Positions 1 through 13,830 are shown, counted from the first letter of the whole stretch. The stretch is DNA of 63,904 nt, filler included, from Octopus bimaculoides (GCF_001194135.2; 5 parts of 5 records of this genome joined end to end with filler, not necessarily neighbours in it), one strand, 5' to 3'. Translations and numbers: made by a program. Notes: generated by a model not told the origin, from the letters alone.

Positions 1-39
<39 letters not shown>

Positions 40-61
40 ATGTGTGTATATGTTTGGGTGT

Positions 62-222
62 TTATGTTATGTTTGTCCCCCCAACATCGCTTGACAGCCG
101 ATGCTGGTGTGCCCCGATAGAATAAGTATTAGGTTTATAAAAAAAATCCTGGGGTCGATTTGCTCGACTAAAGGTGGTGCTCCAGCATGGCTGAAGTCAA
201 ATGACTGAAAGATGTAAAAGAG
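62..222 (+). mobile_element. tRNA-derived SINE family A, 3' half
   Basis: Matches other copies in the window (56760-56985; 34115-34532 reverse): TGTTTGTCCCCC..CATCGCTTGAC..GGGGTCGATTTGCTCGACTAAAGG..CTCCAGCATGG..GTCAAATGACTGAAA. Confidence 0.85.
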
Positions 223-278
223 TTAATATATATGAAACAGCACGTTCATGCTTAAATTATGAATGAAGACAACCTTAC

Positions 279-370
279 CAATTCTCAGAGTATCTTCGCC
301 ACTAGATAGTGCTCGGAGAGGTAGCAAACCATTTGGAGTTAGGTCCTGCAGTACACTTTCACTCTCTTCC
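279..370 (-). CDS. Isolated internal coding exon of an unidentified host gene (EESESVLQDLTPNGLLPLRALSSGEDTLRI)
   Basis: Minus strand: polypyrimidine tract ttcttcttttcttgacag| acceptor and |gtaagg donor; 92 nt, only the phase 2->1 frame is open (30 codons); GC higher than flanks. Confidence 0.5.
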
Positions 371-1351
371 CTGTCAAGAAAAGAAGAATGAGTTGTTAAA
401 ATGACAAGTAAGTAATTTTTACATAGAAATTAATCTCATAAAGGAAGGATATGGAAAATTGTGGCACTGTTAATATATTACCCAAAAGCATTGGTAATGT
501 AATAAAGAGATGTATGTGTGTTTATGAGAATTAGAAACAAATTCCCAACATATATATCTAAATTCAGTATATTTTTTCTACATCTGTTTGAAAGCTTAAG
601 CATAACAAATTATATACCAAGTATATACAAATTAAATATTGATTGTTTGGTTGACGGTGTTTGCAATTAACCCGGGCAAACGACTGCGGACGAAAATGGA
701 GCATTGAAATAATTAGAAATTTCTTAATTTCCTGAATACTTTACATTGAACATTCATTTTAAACAAACTTGAATATATAATACATGGCCATTATTGATAT
801 TGCTTTGTGTGATAGCATATTGAATTTTAACATGATAAACAATTGGGCTCTTAATATCAGTGGATAAATGTGGAAATGATTAAGCAGAAATACAAACACA
901 CACTCACATATGTGTGTTTGTGTGTGTGTGTGTATATATATTCGTTGAAAGATGGATACATAGATATCGATATATATATATATATATATATATATGTGTA
1001 TGTATATATATTTATCTATTTATTAATATATGCATNNNNNNNNNNNNNNNNNNNNNNNNNNNNNNNNNNNNNNNNNNNNNNNNNNNNNNNNNNNNNNNNN
1101 NNNNNNNNNNNNNNNNNNNNNNNNNNNNNNNNNNNNNNNNNNNNNNNNNNNNNNNNNNNNNNNNNNNNNNNNNNCATATGTGTGTTTGTGTGTGTGTGTG
1201 TATATATATTCGTTGAAAGATGGATACATAGATATCGATATATATATATATATATATATATATGTGTATGTATATATATTTATCTATTTATTAATATATG
1301 CATATATATATATATATTAGCTTACAAACATATACATACATGTAAGCCTAT

Positions 1352-1424
<73 letters not shown>

Positions 1425-1899
1425 CGTGTGTGTGTGTGTGTGTGCGTGTAGATATGCAAGTTAGTATATAAGTATATATTGACGCATATCCTTGTGTTTA
1501 TATATTTACACGCTCACACACAATTTTATATGCATTAAATACATACACACACGCATGCATTGAACCATGCTGACATGTATAGATATACGTGTGCTTCAGT
1601 GTGAAAATGTGTGTGTGTATGTGGGGTGTTTGTTTAGTTGTATGTATGTACTCATTCACTTCATATATGATTATGTACATTTGAACAGCACGGAACGCAT
1701 TCTTCACATATTTGATATATTTTCAATTAACAGATTTAAGGCAAATGCCTACCCATAATTGAAAACTAAATAGAGATAGAAACCTCATGTTGAAAGACAA
1801 TTCTATCTTTCAATTATAATTTTAATTTACAATACAAAATATATTGAAGTTTTCAATTATTTGGATAATACTGAAGAAGCGTAAATTTTATCTTTGCAA

Positions 1900-2560
1900 T
1901 TTCGGAGAAGCTGTATACATTTCTTGCAACGCTTTTGCCAAAATTGATAATGCTTGGTCTCTTTACATGTCTTGCATGTAGCTGAATGTAATGAAGAATA
2001 GTTGTGTATAGTGATGGCGATTCATGTACGCTGTAAGTCAACCGTGATCAAGAGGATCTTTAAGCTGTTAGACACAGAAACACGTTCCATTTTTCCTAAG
2101 CCCCTAAGTTTTCACACTTTTTCACTTATAAGTCATTTTTTTTACACAATATGGTTGCCTTATCCAGTGGTAACTGTTATTTGTCGTAGGTTCATATGTA
2201 TAAAATACATATTACTTTATGCTTTTCCGATCTAGAAACATTGCTGTTGCTTCATATTCGTAGTTCGGAATATCATATATTTTTTACTATATAAATGTAG
2301 TATCAAAACATGATGGAAAAGAGTACATTAAATCAAATTAATATGGAGTGCAACACTAGAAGATGAGGTAAACCATAGGACTATTTCACTAAATTCAGAA
2401 TCTCAAAGATTTTGAGAAAACATCATTCACTTACATCTCATACTAAGCATTTATTTCATCGTACCGTCGTTAGTGTCTATTTTCGAGTATTTTGTATCTA
2501 AATGATATTTAACAGCATTTTTCCTGAAGGTGTTGTTTAAAGTTTGTCATTTGGAGTAGG
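1900..2560 (-). pseudogene. Decayed multi-Ig-domain exon remnant
   Basis: Minus translation with stops and frameshifts: ..YEYEATAMFLDRKSIK*YVFYTYEP..NNSYHWIRQ..KSVKT*GLRKNGTCFCV; resembles Ig F/G strands (YxC), C-strand W and NGxYxC. Confidence 0.4.
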
Positions 2561-2599
2561 TTCGGGTTTCAGCTACATTCTGCGTGCACGTGCTCGCAC

Positions 2600-2770
2600 G
2601 TTACTTCGTGTCTGTGTTCGACCCTCACCACTGCTGGACAACCAGCATTGGTGTGACAATGTCCCTGTAACCTAGTGATTCGACAGAAGAGACGAAAGAA
2701 TACGTCCCAATTTTAAAAGTGTGTATGCACTGGGGTTGATTAATTCAACTAAAAGTTATTCAAAGGCGAT
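2600..2770 (+). mobile_element. Degenerate SINE family A 3' fragment
   Basis: Diverged match to the family A tail (GACAACCAGCATTGGTGTG..GTCCCTGTAACCTAG..CTGGGGTTGATT). Confidence 0.6.
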
Positions 2771-3159
2771 CTGCATGTGATGTGTGTCTGTTTATTAAAT
2801 TAGAATGTACAATTTAGATTGAATAAAAAAAGCGTTTGCTCATGAAGTTCTTTCCGTCACAATGAACATCGTCTCGAGTGCGAACAATAATTTTGTTGTA
2901 TTGACACGCAGCCACGTTTCAGATGATACAGACCAATAATCAAATATTAGTTATTACTTCCTATTAAATTTAAACAACGCTTGCCAGTCTGCAAGTAATA
3001 TAGTCTCATCACGTCAAAAGAGTACTGACTACTTCATGTGATACTCTGAAAATTGTCTGCATGGAAGACATGTCGATGATCTCTCTCGCTTCTCCATTTT
3101 TTTGTCCCTCTATCCTCTCTNNNNNNNNNNATATATATGCATGCGTGTGTGTGTGGGGG

Positions 3160-3360
3160 GGGGTATGTGCTTATCACTCAATACAACTTGACAACTGCAG
3201 TTCTTTTGTTAACTAATAACTTAATATTTCGGCAATTACGCCGACAAAATACAACCAGGATTTGTAAAAATATCCTTTGGACCGATTTTATCGAGTAAAC
3301 TCTTCAAGGTGATGCTCCAACATGGCCGCAGTCAAATGATTGAAACAAAATATAACATAA
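3160..3360 (+). mobile_element. Degenerate SINE family A 3' fragment
   Basis: GATGCTCCAACATGGCCGCAGTCAAATGATTGAAACA terminus matches family A. Confidence 0.6.
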
Positions 3361-3419
3361 CATTCTATACATTCTTCTTATTTTTAAACGTTGATAAAAC
3401 TCATTCATCATATTTGAAA

Positions 3420-4250
3420 TGAAACCTCAATAAATAGTTACTGCAATTTTCAAATCAAGATGCGCTCAATGAAATCAGTGCTGATATTTGAATTCTAAAT
3501 TATAAATATCGGCTGAACTTAGAGCCAGAGAAGGAAGAAATCCCACAACGTTTGAACTGAGGCGCGCTATAAATTTCAATTAAAAATTTCAATAACATTT
3601 TCGAAGTTTGTCTACTATCGACGTTTTGCTGATAAATTGATTAATTGGTTTCAAATGTATCATTTTCTGCGAATATATCAGAAAGGACCTGGAAAATAAC
3701 GCTTATTCACTGGTGCGTACGTAAATATAATGCTGTCATCTATGTAGTTTCTGTAAAATTACAATCCACACATCAATTTTGAACTATTTAAATTTACTCG
3801 AGAATAATTAACATGCTTCGTCTACAAAGAAGGTTATATGCAAATCATTAAGTTTCACTCGCGTTGAATCAGTTGAAACACTCTGCAATAAATTAGTTTT
3901 ATTTTGTTCCGTTCTTCTTGCACCACTATTTTATGTGGAAATAAATTCCATTTTGTTTTATGCAGTGTTTTATGAGTAATCTCAAGAATAGCGTTTCCAT
4001 GCTGTGCTAACGCAATTCCATATTTAGATTTGAGTGCATCCCACAATTTTGCAATCATTTCTGTTTTGCATTTTCATGAATGTATAAATATATTTCAAGA
4101 CGGTTTATCAAGTCCAAAAGTTGTATTTGGAATTATATCAGCAAATTATGATTGTATTCAGTCGCAGTAGCTAATATTTTCTCGAGCCGTTTTCTATTTG
4201 TAAAAGTTTGATCCTGTGTTATCAAAAACACTAAAATCAAATTGTCGAAT
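3420..4250 (-). pseudogene. Decayed coding-like segment, possibly Ig-like
   Basis: Long minus frame with few stops (EMIAKLWDALKSKYGIALAQHGNAILEITHKTLH..); GNAILEI resembles an Ig E strand; identity uncertain. Confidence 0.25.
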
Positions 4251-4519
4251 TAGATGATAGATGCAGAGTGATTTTTCAAACACTGCATACGACGCGTGAG
4301 CACGCACACATATACACAGACACGCAATCACACACACGCAATCACACACACACACATATATCTACAAGAGTGTGATGAAAATCCATGCCAGGCAAGTTGT
4401 TTAGCGACATTCCGCCCGTCTTTAAATACTGAGTTCAAATTCTTCCCAGATTGACTCTGAAATTCATTCTTTCAGGATGGATAAAATAAGTACCACTTCA
4501 GTACTGTGTCGATATAATG

Positions 4520-5560
4520 AACTTACTTCTTCTTCGAACTTGTTGGCATTTGAAGACAAAATCCCTATCAAACTTCAAGAAACTACTTAGTTACATCAGC
4601 ATGCTGATAGCAACATTGTAATAGATTTATTTAAGAAATTAAATATAAGCATAGGGGAAGATTTATCATATTCATATTGTAGATTTTTATCCAAAATATC
4701 GAGATCTTTCCTCGATAAGGCGACTGAAGTCGGAAAACATGAGTTAATTTTTACCACATAAACTTAACTATTATCATACAATTAATGAAAACCCTTCTTT
4801 GAAGTAGGGTCTCAGCATGGAGAAAAATCTGAGAGAGATATATTATTCAAAGTATTGATGGTATCGTATGGCATTGCGGGCATCTGTGATCTCGTAGGTT
4901 TATTTATATTAAACATATTGATACCCAAATTCATGTCTCAAGATATTGACCTATATCTTGATGATAGTTAAGCCATATCGAATGGCCATTGTGGTCATAC
5001 ACACGATTACTTAGGAAAAAGTCATATATACGTTATTTTGATTGCGCCACAAAATCGAAATTATCACTAGTCTGTCCAAACCGATGTTTTAGATATTGCA
5101 CTAGACCTTGACTCACACTATTATAAATACTGCCATAGAACGATTGACAAGTTAGTTCTCTTATATACACAAAGAGTTCTGTAACTTCAAATAGCTTTAA
5201 AACCTGCTACGTGATATCAGTAATTGAATACTTAATCTCCCTTCTTCAAAGAAACATTTGATAAGGCAGATGCTTACTAAAATAATATCCTACCTATCAG
5301 AGGCCTGAAGGGTAATATATATAAGAAACCTTCAATTGAAAATATGAAACCTAAATTATTCATTATTTTCCTAAGTCTATCTAAAAGATGACTTACGAAA
5401 ATAACATGGTTCACCCCCACCTTTCTCTCTAAATGTTAAATATAAGCTTCAATTTCCTACCATAACATAAACATTACCCCATGCTTAACAAATCCGCAAT
5501 TAAAATCACATATTCTACAATTTCAAACTTAGGATCCATAATTGCTTCTTTTTATACTCG
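4520..5560 (+). mobile_element. Penelope-like element, degraded reverse transcriptase, interrupted near 4705-4850
   Basis: Frameshifted Penelope RT motifs: HIVDFYP, ICDLVGLFIL, YLDD (from YRDDG), LDIALDL, ITWF(N)PP.FSLNVK, ISYS. Confidence 0.75.
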
Positions 5561-6849
5561 TAAACTAAGTCTTCTTCCAGGGAACACATCTTAATCCATC
5601 TGAAAAGGATAATACAAGACTTGAGGATCCTACCCGATTCAATAAATCCTAGCATGGTACTATACCCCTACTACTAGCAACATGATCATATATAATAGTG
5701 GTCACACCCTTTCCAAGCCATGATGACACAGGTCCTTCTTCTTTGAAATTAACACATTATATGAACCGGACAGGAATATATATTAATCCTAAGCGCACCG
5801 CTGGTTGGAAAAATGCAAATGTTGAGTCTCTCAAACGTGTCTGATGGATGGATTCTGTTCAAACTTTAATGTCGGGTAATAAAACCACGTTCCCACCAAG
5901 TTAGGTTCTACATTGGTGGTACTGTTGATTTTGAACACTAAGGTGAATTCGTTTTCATAGACCATCTAGACTCCCTACTAATCTAGCTATATACATACAC
6001 AACATCAAGTCCCGAACTCTCCCTATAAGTAATCTTGATCCACAGTTCGCGTGTTTTCCCCATAAAACTTTACCTCACTTTTTCGTTCTATCTCCCTCGC
6101 TCTCTATTCCTATTGTACATTTCTCCACATCACGACATATCTTCCTACGTTGCAAACTCACCCTCATTCCTTGAATTATTTCCTTGCTGCTTCATGATTT
6201 TATTTATAATCAGATCCCATCACTAATTAATTCAACGTATGCTCTACTCTATCCTCCTCTCAACATTTCCACTGTCACAACACCTCTCCTCAGCTAACGA
6301 ACCCTCATTCCATTCCCTATAGTCAGCAATCAGCTTTATTGATTTAATGCCAGCCTAGCGACATACTTGACAATCAGTTGGGCCGCCATTCATGATGCTA
6401 ACCATTACTTACCCCCTAACCTTACCCCTCCGGCGAATGTCTACTATTTCTATTCACTCCTCTGACCTCTCGCCCTTTCCCCTACTTTTATTTCTTTTTG
6501 CACTTTCCAAAATTCTTTACATTCCCTCTCTAAGCTGGCGTCACACCCCCTCCCTAAATTTTAACCTTTCAAGATTTAAATCGCTTACGCTATGATGTGA
6601 ACTTCTATTCGCCAATATTTTTTTGCCCGGTTTTATGTTAATGTCTTTATGCAATTATTAACAGGTTGAAATGTTGCACGTCCCATCTGCTAATTATGAG
6701 CATTATTATTATTAAGCAATTCCGAAGTACCAAAAATACTATGCCTTCTCTCCATAGTACTCTTTGTGTTTTATGTTCCATGTACTCGTAAATTTATTTG
6801 TATTTATAAATAACTATTCGACAGAAACTGAAAGAAGCTGGGTGTACAT

Positions 6850-6882
<33 letters not shown>

Positions 6883-7119
6883 NNNNNNNNNNNNNNNNNN
6901 NNNNNNNNNNNNNNNNNNNNNNNNNNNNNNNNNNNNNNNNNNNNNNNNNNNNNNNNNNNNNNNNNNNNNNNNNNNNNNNNNNNNNNNNNNNNNNNNNNNN
7001 NNNNNNNNNNNNNNNNNNNNNNNNNNNNNNNNNNNNNNNNNNNNNNNNNNNNNNNNNNNNNNNNNNNNNNNNNNNNNNNNNNNNNNNNNNNNNNNNATAT
7101 ATACACAAACAGATATATG

Positions 7120-7310
7120 TGTGTGTTTACGCGTGCTTGTGCCTCCGTGTTTGTCTCCACACCATCGTCTAGTGGTTTGCCAAAAGAGGCCGATAGAATA
7201 AGAACGAGGCTTACAAAGAATAAGTCCTAAGGCCGATTTGTTCGACTAAAACAGTGGTACTCCAGTATGGCCGTAGTAAAATGACTGAAATATGTAAGAG
7301 AATAAAAGAA
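7120..7310 (+). mobile_element. SINE family A 3' half
   Basis: GCCGATAGAATAAG..GGCTTACAAAGAATAAGTCC..GATTTGTTCGACTAAA..CTCCAGTATGGCCGTAGTAAAATGACTGAAA. Confidence 0.8.
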
Positions 7311-7718
7311 TATATTTTTATCTCTATGTTTATATATATATATATGCGTACATACATACATACATACATACATGCACACACATTGCACACACACACACAC
7401 ACACACATACATACACACACATACACACTCGCGCGCACACACACACACGCGCATACCGAATGTTAGAGCTATTTGAGCACTTATTTGGAAATATAATAAA
7501 ACAAAATTCTAGCAAATATCAAATAAATTTAAATAGAATTTTGTGTGACCACTATATGTAGAAGTTCCCTGGATTTATACATGTCCGCAATTTTGGATGT
7601 TACAGGATCGTAAATATTGACTGATATTCATTCAATTCTTGGCTTACGTATTCAGTACAATTAATACAAAGACTGTGAGGAAACACGTGAGAAAGCGTCT
7701 CAATTTTTGTTTACTCAC

Positions 7719-7742
7719 CACTCGAAAAACTATCACTGTCAT
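7719..7742 (-). CDS. Candidate 24-nt symmetric microexon ((D)DSDSFSS(G))
   Basis: Minus: tgtgtttcag|ATGACAGTGATAGTTTTTCGAGTG|gtgagt; frame-preserving; weak polypyrimidine tract. Confidence 0.3.
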
Positions 7743-8441
7743 CTGAAACACAGTCATTTGTAATTCTGCAGTTAGACTTTTAGTTTGTTCGAAGAATCAA
7801 TGCATGCCATATTGTTTGTTCTTTTTCTTAATTTGTCGCGTAACCTCGGATATTTGTGGCTTTGCAGACACAAAGTGAACCACCATCAATACATGCTATT
7901 TGTATCGAATATTCTCGTTCACCGCAATTCTAATATTTCTGTCTCAATACCGATAATATTTTGAATGACTTTCACTAAATTTGGTGTCCTCTGAGGTGCC
8001 CCTTTAGAAAGCGATTATCTCTTTCGTTCATTTGAGATATTCCCGTCAGAACGTTGTCTGTAATGATTATTCAAAATTTCGAATTTGATGTTTCATACGT
8101 ATGACAATAAAGTCTTCGTAGTTTATGTAAGTTCTTGTGTTAACACGGTAAATTCAAGAATTGGTTTGAGAAGAAAATAGCTAATTATCTTCGCGTCCTG
8201 CATGTACGGATTCACGTGCATTTCTAAAGTTGTATCATACTGGGCAAACGAATTATAGGATGGAAATCAATACCAAAATATACAAGTCTGTTGGAACGAA
8301 CTCCAACACACGTGAATACAACTAACGTTTATTAATAGCAAAAAATTATACATTATTCTGTAAACTGAAGGAAAAATGTCGATGGCAAATTTGGTTTACT
8401 GGTGATTTTTTTTATATTTACGTCATGGTGCAAAGTTTTAC

Positions 8442-8504
8442 GAACGTTTGAAATCCACAAGTAATTTAATTATAGCGAAGAGAAGATTACTAATGAAATA
8501 TAAC
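8442..8504 (-). pseudogene. Leader or signal-peptide-like exon candidate (LYFISNLLFAIIKLLVDFKR)
   Basis: tacatttctag| acceptor and |gtaaaa donor; 63 nt; hydrophobic; shares an IKLL..F pattern with the 22762-22851 exon. Confidence 0.25.
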
Positions 8505-8873
8505 CTAGAAATGTATATGCGAAAGTTTCAGATGATTACTGAACATTTTATTAATTTGGAAGTGTCTGCTTATTAGGACTCCGGTGTTTTCCGGTGTATT
8601 CAGATGTGAATTAAATATTTAGTGAAAGACTATTTCGAAATTCATAAACATTATTTACACGTGCTTCAGAACATGACTAATAAACCAAATAAGTTCAGGT
8701 GCTATTGATATATTAAGAGATCCACAAGCATATACGCACACATATGCACTCACATACTTTGATATGTGCACATGCATCGTAAAAATGTATATACATGTAT
8801 ATATATGCATATATATATATACACACATACACACACACACACATATGTATGTATGTGTGTATATATATTATGC

Positions 8874-8908
<35 letters not shown>

Positions 8909-8918
8909 NNNNNNNNNN

Positions 8919-8958
<40 letters not shown>

Positions 8959-9320
8959 TTAATAGAGTTAGCGGCTGGAATAACCGACTACGGGATAAGA
9001 ATATTCGTTTTCACTACCAGTATAAATTAGCTATGTTAATTCTGGGCATGGATATGCAAGAATGATAGGCTCATAGGATACAAGCAATAATAAAATAGAC
9101 TAGGGTTTATAAAGAATCAAATTTGAATTAAGCAGAAAATGGAAAAAATTATAGATCAACAAGCAAACTGAATACCATCGGTTATTATTTTTATTCATAC
9201 AAAAAGTTTTGTATAAGAACATTTAGTAGTCAATTTGTTTGTTGATCACCAATTTTCTCCTGTTTCTGCTTAATCTAAATATATATAATTATACACACAC
9301 TCACACACACACACACATAT

Positions 9321-9361
<41 letters not shown>

Positions 9362-9833
9362 NNNNNNNNNNNNNNNNNNNNNNNNNNNNNNNNNNNNNNN
9401 NNNNNNNNNNNNNNNNNNNNNNNNNNNNNNNNNNNNNNNNNNNNNNNNNNNNNNNNNNNNNNNNNNNNNNNNNNNNNNNNNNNNNNNNNNNNNNNNNNNN
9501 NNNNNNNNNNNNNNNNNNNNNNNNNNNNNNNNNNNNNNNNNNNNNNNNNNNNNNNNNNNNNNNNNNNNNNNNNNNNNNNNNNNNNNNNNNNNNNNNNNNN
9601 NNNNNNNNNNNNNNNNNNNNNNNNNNNNNNNNNNNNNNNNNNNNNNNNNNNNNNNNNNNNNNNNNNNNNNNNNNNNNNNNNNNNNNNNNNNNNNNNNNNN
9701 NNNNNNNNNNNNNNNNNNNNNNNNNNNNNNNNNNNNNNNNNNNNNNNNNNNNNNNNNNNNNNNNNNNNNNNNNNNNNNNNNNNNNNNNNNNNNNNNNNNN
9801 NNNNNNNNNNNNNNNNNNNNNNNNNNNNNNNNN

Positions 9834-9879
<46 letters not shown>

Positions 9880-9909
9880 GTGTGTGTGTGTGTGTGTGTA
9901 CATATATAG

Positions 9910-10692
9910 GATGTTAAAATGCATCACCTCGCAATAGTTTCAGCACCGATATAACTGCGACCAGGTTTGAGGACCGAATTAATACCGCATGGACGGACAT
10001 CTGTAGACGTGCTTCCTTGAAATTTTGTTTCCGCTGGAGAAAATGGCGGCCTAAAAGAGCTGTCATACTTCATCAAGCTTACACGGCCACTGCAATGAGC
10101 AAAACAAGTTTACAACTGTTTCTTTACACTTTAGGAATGGTCATTTGCCGCTTGAAAACTAACCATGTTCAGTGCAACCGTCGACATCCAGAACAAATAA
10201 AAACCTCATGAAAATTTATGAACTAAACTCGGAGGACCATCAGCAGACAATCGTTGAAGTTGTTGATATGGCTGGTTTGTTCTGGAGCTCTTGCCAAGTA
10301 ATTTTTAGTGAGGAGTTGTGAATGAATAGAATTGCAACAAAATTTGTGTCTCACTTGCTCCCGGCAGTTGAAAAGCATTCACGTCTGAATGCGTGTCGTG
10401 AACTGAAAGAAGAGTTGGAAATTGTTCCAGAACATTTTTGGAAAGTCATCACTGATGACGACAGCTGGTGCGAGAGTTTGTGCAGATGAGGAAGAGGTGA
10501 AAAATGAAACGGCGGAAGCGTTAAAATGCATCACCTCACAAGATTTTCAGCACTGCTTCCAACTAAGGCAAACGTGTCTGGACCGATGCATTGCTTCAAA
10601 TGGAGAATAATTTAAATGTAATAAAATGTAAACATGCGAATCAAAGTGAATAAAACATTCCAAAATTCCGTTGTCCTTAGGGTACCCCCTCG
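9910..10692 (+). mobile_element. Mariner transposon, internally deleted
   Basis: Mariner N-terminal HTH region, RIATKFVSHLL (WVPxxL region), KVITDDDSW (TGDESW), C-terminal ALKCITSQDFQHCFQ..RCIASNGE; right terminus ..GTACCCCCTCG followed by TA. Confidence 0.85.
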
Positions 10693-11160
10693 TATACACA
10701 CACATGCACGCACACACACACACACATACACAAACACACGCGTATATATATATATATATATATAGATATACATATCTTGCTGCGTGTTCAAATTTATCAG
10801 TATTTCCCAACTGGAGTCGAATACAACAAAACGGTTAAATGTTTTTAGAATTTCCCTGTAAATAGAATAAGTTCTAGCTAGCTTGTATAGGCATAGAATC
10901 ATATTATATAAAATAATGAAGCCAAACCAGAAACGATATTTTGATAGCCTTTAACATCTGCGTTTCAGGTCACTGCATTGTAGATAAAAAAATGGGCTCT
11001 CTCTCTACTACAGTTAAGGCATGTTATAATATTTTGAAATGCCTAAACTGAGGAATATGTTGTGTTAAAGATGAATACACTTTTATCTGTTGCGCAATGA
11101 AGTGAAAAGCCAGTATTAAATTCATTCATATATCAACACTTGCTTCATCTTCACAATATA

Positions 11161-12416
11161 CAGGGTGCATTCAATAAAGTGCCGTCTAAATTACACAAAC
11201 ATGAAAATAACGCTGACATCTTATTTTAACAGATATATTTACCAAAATTACATAAAAAATATCTTGAATTACTAAAGAGTAAATTTATTCTATAGCTTGA
11301 CATACTAAAGTGTAAATTTATTCAATATCTTGAAATACTAAAGAGTAAATTTAATCAAGAAAATCGCCATTAGCTTCCGCCACGACATCCAGACGATTCT
11401 GGAATGTCATGCAAATCTTCTAGACGGTTTCCTTGTTTAAGATGAGGAATGCTACCTTAATCCTTGCATTTAATTCATCTTGGCATTAAACATAATGTTT
11501 TTGGTCTCTCCCTTATCTGCGCCCCACACATCATAATCAAGGGTATTGAGTTTTATGCTTGTGTGGTATGGTTCATAGTCCTGTTGCCAGACATAAGTTG
11601 TTCCAGCCGCCACCTTTTTGATCCAGGGCCGCACAACCTCCTCCATGCACAGAATATTGGCCTCCGTGTTGAATCTAAGGCCGTGTGGGAAGATGACAGG
11701 AAGCGTAACGTCGCCATCACTAGTGATCACTCCAAAACACTATGATGTCGACTGGATGTTTGATTTTATCACTCTCGCTACATGTTTTGGGGACACGGGA
11801 AGGCGACGGTTGTTCTGTGTGAGCACCATCTGATACAGGCAGAATTTTTTTCGTCTGAGAAAAAATGAAAATATGCTCAGTTCGACTGGATGCTTCAGTA
11901 TATTCTAAAGCTTCGTAGCGTGGTCTTTCTTATAGTCCTTGATAGCTTCGAATAAAAATCGGTCCTTTCTCCTGTTGTAAGGAGAATACCGAATGTATTC
12001 ATGCACTACCTGCCTGATAAGAAACTCATACACTCACGTGTCACTGGCGATGGACCTGATTGACTTGGAAGGATCGTTGTTAATCATGGTATGGACATCA
12101 CCAACAAATTCATGAGTTATTTTCTTATCAGAACTATCACAGTGAATATTTCGAGCTACCGCATCTTCGTTATCAGCATTAGACTCATTTAAGTTTTTCC
12201 GAATCCTCTGAACGTTAATCAAATTGACAAGCAAAAACACTCTTAAATATTTGTATTGGAGCTTCCAGCACGAATGCCGAGCAGTACAGCATGTATTTTC
12301 CAAATTTCTGGCAGAGTGAATGGTGTCTAACTGATCCTACTCGACAAAGTAAAAACAAACAATGCGCATGCACGGAATTGAAAATACAAAATGGCCACCA
12401 TTTTCCATCGCACTGT
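11161..12416 (-). mobile_element. Tc1/mariner (DD37D/maT-like) transposon remnant
   Basis: Minus ORF pieces ..EVVRPWIKKVAAGTTYVWQQD..HTS..LDYDVWG; left end TA|CAGGGTGCATTCAATAAAG. Confidence 0.8.
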
Positions 12417-12499
12417 GCATTTACATGCATACATACATACATACATATTATATATATATAGTGAGGGAGAGACAGAGGGGAAGAGAGAGAGAAAGAGTG

Positions 12500-12559
<60 letters not shown>

Positions 12560-12779
12560 GGTTGTACGCATATGTATGCATGTATATATGTATGTATGTA
12601 TGTGGAAATTTGTTCGTGTCCATGTGAAGTAATCCCTGGTCGAAATATTTCAGCAATATACAAAATAGGCTTTTTTTATTACTTAAATACTATTAGAAAT
12701 TGCCTTCTTATTTGTATTTCTTGTGTCCTACTTCAAGTATTTTAGAGCTTCTAAAATACCTCAGATTTGTATCCACTTA

Positions 12780-13400
12780 CAGCATAACCGACAACCTGCT
12801 ACGCCACGGAAAATCAAAGTAGTCCAAGATTGCTCATTGAGGAAGCGTACGTGATGCGTTTCGGTTCAGGGGTCACAAGCAAAGGTCCCACTTTGTGAAA
12901 ACCTTTGAGAACCCAAGTTTTTTGTCACAATGTTGTCTGCACTTTCAGTTGAGATGCCCAGTTTCCCTGCTATCTGACGCGATCTTGCATTATCATACAA
13001 AGAGCAAGGTCAAGGTTGTCCTTGGTGGTTGGAATTGGAGGTCTCTCTTGTCTGGGATCATCTTCCACACTCTCCCTGCCACGCTTGAATTCATTTACCT
13101 AGCGTTTGACTGTTGCATATAAAAGTGAATTGTCTGTTAAGGTTCTCACCATATCTTCATGGATTTTAGATGGAGTCATGCATTTCAAATGAAAGTACTT
13201 TTTGACAACACGATACTCAGTTTCCTCCATTTTCCTTGTAACCTCGACACTTGCTTATTCAAAAATCTGCAACAACATAAATTAAAATACCAGAATCATG
13301 AAAATGAACAAGAATACTCCGAAAATACTATACTTACAATACAAAATTGTCTCAGCTATCTAGCAGCCCCGTTTCTAGGTTACACTCAAACTTTGCATAC
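12780..13400 (-). mobile_element. Mariner transposon 5' fragment
   Basis: Minus: MEETEYRVVKKYFHLKCMTPSKIHEDMVRTL..YATVKR*VNEFKRGRESVEDDPR, typical mariner N-terminus. Confidence 0.8.
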
Positions 13401-13678
13401 ACCCATCGTAAATATTCGTCTCCGTCTTGTGTAAACATTTTCCTTAAACAAATCTTTTGACAAAAAATGACCGATTAGAAATCATATATTGATAGTTTAT
13501 ATTAGACTAGAGTTATATAAAATGAAATTGTTACAGTGGTTTCTTGTTTCGTATACACCCTCAAGCATTGCTGTATTCAATGTTGATTTTGTGTATACAG
13601 AAGTGATTGTACATGTTTCTGTGTATTATCGGTGTATTTTGTTTAAATTCAATTAATTATTTATTTAGTTGTTTATAG

Positions 13679-13830
13679 GTACACGTTCAAATTCATAACT
13701 GTCTAAATATCAGATGCTACATAACTTGACGTTGGAATTTACAGTTATAATACCGGTGTTTCACTGATATTTTCATTTATGATTGACCAATATTCCAAAT
13801 TTTTGACGCAAAGTGAACCACTGTATTTAG
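13679..13830 (+). pseudogene. Ig-like exon remnant
   Basis: tttatag| acceptor; YTFKFITV*ISDAT*LDVGIYSY resembles the Ig E-F strand LxIxxxxxxDxGxYxC. Confidence 0.25.

Noticed and set aside
900-1302. Exact ~130-bp duplication on both sides of an N gap
   Set aside because: Identical sequence flanking a gap is typical of overlapping contig ends, so this is an assembly artefact.
3700-3860. FFVDEAC (Walker B-like) and YIDD (RT-like) motifs on the minus strand
   Set aside because: They are isolated short motifs in different frames with no supporting helicase or RT motifs nearby.
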